Both the position numbers and the translations under genes were made by a program. A stretch of 63,401 nucleotides of DNA, filler included, from Saprolegnia diclina VS20 (Eukaryota): the NCBI RefSeq assembly GCF_000281045.1. It is 4 parts of 2 records of this genome, joined end to end, with 100 filler letters (N's around TTAATTAATTAA, not from the genome) between each part and the next. Parts side by side here need not be neighbours in the genome. Positions count along the whole stretch, not along the records: positions 61,221 to 63,401 come from NW_008246071.1; 3 more parts are not named here. One strand, written 5' to 3'. Shown piece after piece: positions 61,221 to 63,401 of this stretch. Numbering within the stretch: position 1 is the stretch's first letter; every line of letters begins with the position of its first letter. The notes beneath the pieces were generated by a model. It did not search any database and was not told the origin of the DNA. It saw only the letters and a list, made by a program, of their open reading frames with translations.

Positions 61221-63401
61221 GTGGGTCCTGTGACGGTGCACGGCGTCGCGGCGCCGTCGTTTGACGTGACCAAGACGTACACGCCGTCGTCAGTGTCGAG
61301 CAAGAGTCCGTCGCATGCAGGCGGTGCGTTCGGCAAGGGTCTCTGGGTGCCGACCAAGTCACCGGTGGCGGCGGCAGCTCCGGCGGTCGTCGAGAAGGCA
61401 GCCCCAGTGGTCGTTGAGAAGGCGGCTCCGATCGAGGTGCCGGCTGTGGATGCAAACACTGCGGTCTACACGCTGTACTACCCGGCACAGTCGACCGCGA
61501 CGTCCATGTGGTCAGGCTTCTGGAGCCAACTGCCTTTGATGGCCAAGCGCTGGGGCGACGAAGTCGTTGCCCAAGTGTCGCTTACCGTGTCAACCGGGCT
61601 TCTTGTCCTGCCGGCGACGGATGTCAACGTTGTTGAAGGCAAGGTGTGTGTCCCAGCAGCCAAGATCGTGCTCGAAGCTGACGCCTCGTCCCTCGTGCCC
61701 GCTCTCCGTCACGTTGCATTTGTGGCCCCAAGCAAGGACGCCGGCGTTGTATCGATCACGGCGACGTGGTCGTCATCGCCCAAGACGGTGACCAAGTCAC
61801 CGTCGTTTGTTGTCTGCATGCACTACCCGGCGCAGTCGACGGCAACGTCCATGTGGTCTGGCGCTTGGCCCGGTCTCAACGTGCCGCTGCGATATGACAC
61901 TAACGCCATCGTTCAAGTGACGCTTGCGACGCTGTCCGGAACCCTCCGTCTGGACACGGTTGGCGATGCCGTGACGTTTGTCGACGGTGCCAAGAACCGT
62001 GCGTCGCCCCGCATGGTGTTGCGCGGTCCCGTGACGGCGCTCCAGACGGCGCTGCGTAGTGTCGTGTACCGAGCACCGACGACCGACGCCGGTGTCGCGA
62101 CGATCGACGTCGACCATGTTTTGGTCGCCGACGCCCCTACGCCGACGTCCACCGTGACGCTGCACTACCCGCTCGTGGTGTCGCCCATGTGGAAGGGCCA
62201 GTGGTCCAACTTGCCGCTGCAGCTTCCGCGCACCACGGCGGCGGTCGTAGCGCTCTCGGTTGCCGTCTCGGAAGGCGCCTTGTCACTGGCACAGAACGAA
62301 GAAAAGACAGAGTCGTTGCTGTTGCAGGGGTCGCCCGCTGAACTTGCGCGTCAACTCCGCACCGTCGTCTTCCACGCGCCAGCTGCTGCCACCGGTGCTA
62401 CGGTCATCGAAATGAAGCTCACGACCATGGCCGAGACAATGGATGCGCCGATGAAGATCGCTGCGGCGCCACTTGAGCCCGTCCAGTTGAGCACTCCCGT
62501 CGACGCCGTCGCCCGCGCCGCGCCAAAGGTCGCGAGTCCCGCGACCGCCAAGCTCTGGGTGCACACCGGTGGTGCTGACGTTGACGCGACGCCGCTCGCT
62601 GGGCCCATCACGGTCCAAACCGTCGCTGCGCCGTCGTTCGATGTCACCAAGACGTACACGCCGTCGTCCAAGAGCCCAGCGCATGCGGCTGGCACCTTTG
62701 GCAAGGGTCTCTGGGTTCCTGCCAAGTCACCGCTCGCGGCTACAGCACCCGTGGCTGAAGCACGGACCGCTGTGTACTCGTTGCACTACCCGGCGCAGTC
62801 CGAGTCGATGTGGCAGGGTGCGTGGGTCGGTCTCCCGATCGCGCTTCGCTACGTCGACGCCGCCATTGCCCAGGTTGCACTCGCCACCAAAGAAGGTACC
62901 CTCTCTCTCGAGGCGTCCTCCAGCGACGTCGCATTGTTCGACGGCGTCAATGGCGAACCGTCCAAGCGGCTTGTCCTGAAGAGTACGGTGGCGCAGTTGA
63001 AACGCGCGCTGCGCCGTGTTGTGTACCACGCGCCGTCTGCTGCTGCCGGTGTCGCCGCTATCACGTCCAAGGTCGATCTTGTCCTTGACGCGCCGTCGGC
63101 CACGGCGTCGACGTACACGTTGCACTACCCGCGCGAGGTTTCTGCCATGTGGGATGGTCGCTGGACCGACTTGCCCTTGTTGCTTCCACGTGTGGCCGCA
63201 CCCAAGATGACAACCACGATCTCCGTCTCGGAGGGCTTGCTTGGCTCTGCGGACGGCAGCGTCTTGTCGTCGGTCGTGCTCCGTGGTTCGTCTGTCGATG
63301 TGGCTCAGCAGTTGGCCAACCTCGTCTTCATCGCACCGAGCAACGGCACTGGCGTCGCTCTCATTACCATGGACTACGAAATCCTTGAGCGGTTGCCGGC
63401 G
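61221..63401 (+). CDS. Internal fragment (727 codons, no start or stop in window) of a large tandem-repeat protein
   Basis: Hand translation from 61221 is stop-free to the window end; five ~110-aa units and two copies of a linker unit; absent from the ORF track, presumably because it has no stop codon here. Confidence 0.85.
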   Translation, partial: MGPVTVHGVAAPSFDVTKTYTPSSVSSKSPSHAGGAFGKGLWVPTKSPVAAAAPAVVEKAAPVVVEKAAPIEVPAVDANTAVYTLYYPAQSTATSMWSGFWSQLPLMAKRWGDEVVAQVSLTVSTGLLVLPATDVNVVEGKVCVPAAKIVLEADASSLVPALRHVAFVAPSKDAGVVSITATWSSSPKTVTKSPSFVVCMHYPAQSTATSMWSGAWPGLNVPLRYDTNAIVQVTLATLSGTLRLDTVGDAVTFVDGAKNRASPRMVLRGPVTALQTALRSVVYRAPTTDAGVATIDVDHVLVADAPTPTSTVTLHYPLVVSPMWKGQWSNLPLQLPRTTAAVVALSVAVSEGALSLAQNEEKTESLLLQGSPAELARQLRTVVFHAPAAATGATVIEMKLTTMAETMDAPMKIAAAPLEPVQLSTPVDAVARAAPKVASPATAKLWVHTGGADVDATPLAGPITVQTVAAPSFDVTKTYTPSSKSPAHAAGTFGKGLWVPAKSPLAATAPVAEARTAVYSLHYPAQSESMWQGAWVGLPIALRYVDAAIAQVALATKEGTLSLEASSSDVALFDGVNGEPSKRLVLKSTVAQLKRALRRVVYHAPSAAAGVAAITSKVDLVLDAPSATASTYTLHYPREVSAMWDGRWTDLPLLLPRVAAPKMTTTISVSEGLLGSADGSVLSSVVLRGSSVDVAQQLANLVFIAPSNGTGVALITMDYEILERLPA

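Overview
Gene-dense, GC-rich eukaryotic DNA with many short (about 45-60 nt) GT-AG introns. The gene families present (START-FYVE, FYVE-GAF, large oomycete-type membrane proteins, secreted beta-amylase) point to an oomycete, probably Saprolegniales (Saprolegnia/Achlya-like); this taxonomic call is inference. The window is four contigs joined by three artificial 100-nt N-TTAATTAATTAA-N linkers, so adjacency across the linkers is uncertain. About 25 protein genes can be supported, mostly housekeeping (eIF4E, ER FKBP, KRR1, HAUS1, FAD synthase, queuosine salvage QNG1, tepsin, acetyl-CoA transporter, GT71 mannosyltransferase, BK-type K+ channel, choline dehydrogenase, two GPH sugar transporters). 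The standout is 38704-42991: an intact, two-intron, single-module membrane NRPS-like enzyme (A domain, T domain, three TM/beta-helix repeats) with the architecture of the poly-epsilon-lysine / poly-delta-ornithine synthetase (Pls/PosA) family. It suggests an oomycete homopoly(amino acid) pathway, probably acquired horizontally. Other notable items are a perfect 41-bp hairpin, a recurrent TATCCGGATA-like motif just upstream of many genes, a >727-aa repeat protein missed by the ORF track, and a TM-LRR-LNR fusion. All family calls come from motifs recognised by eye; no database searches were run, and splice models are hand-derived.
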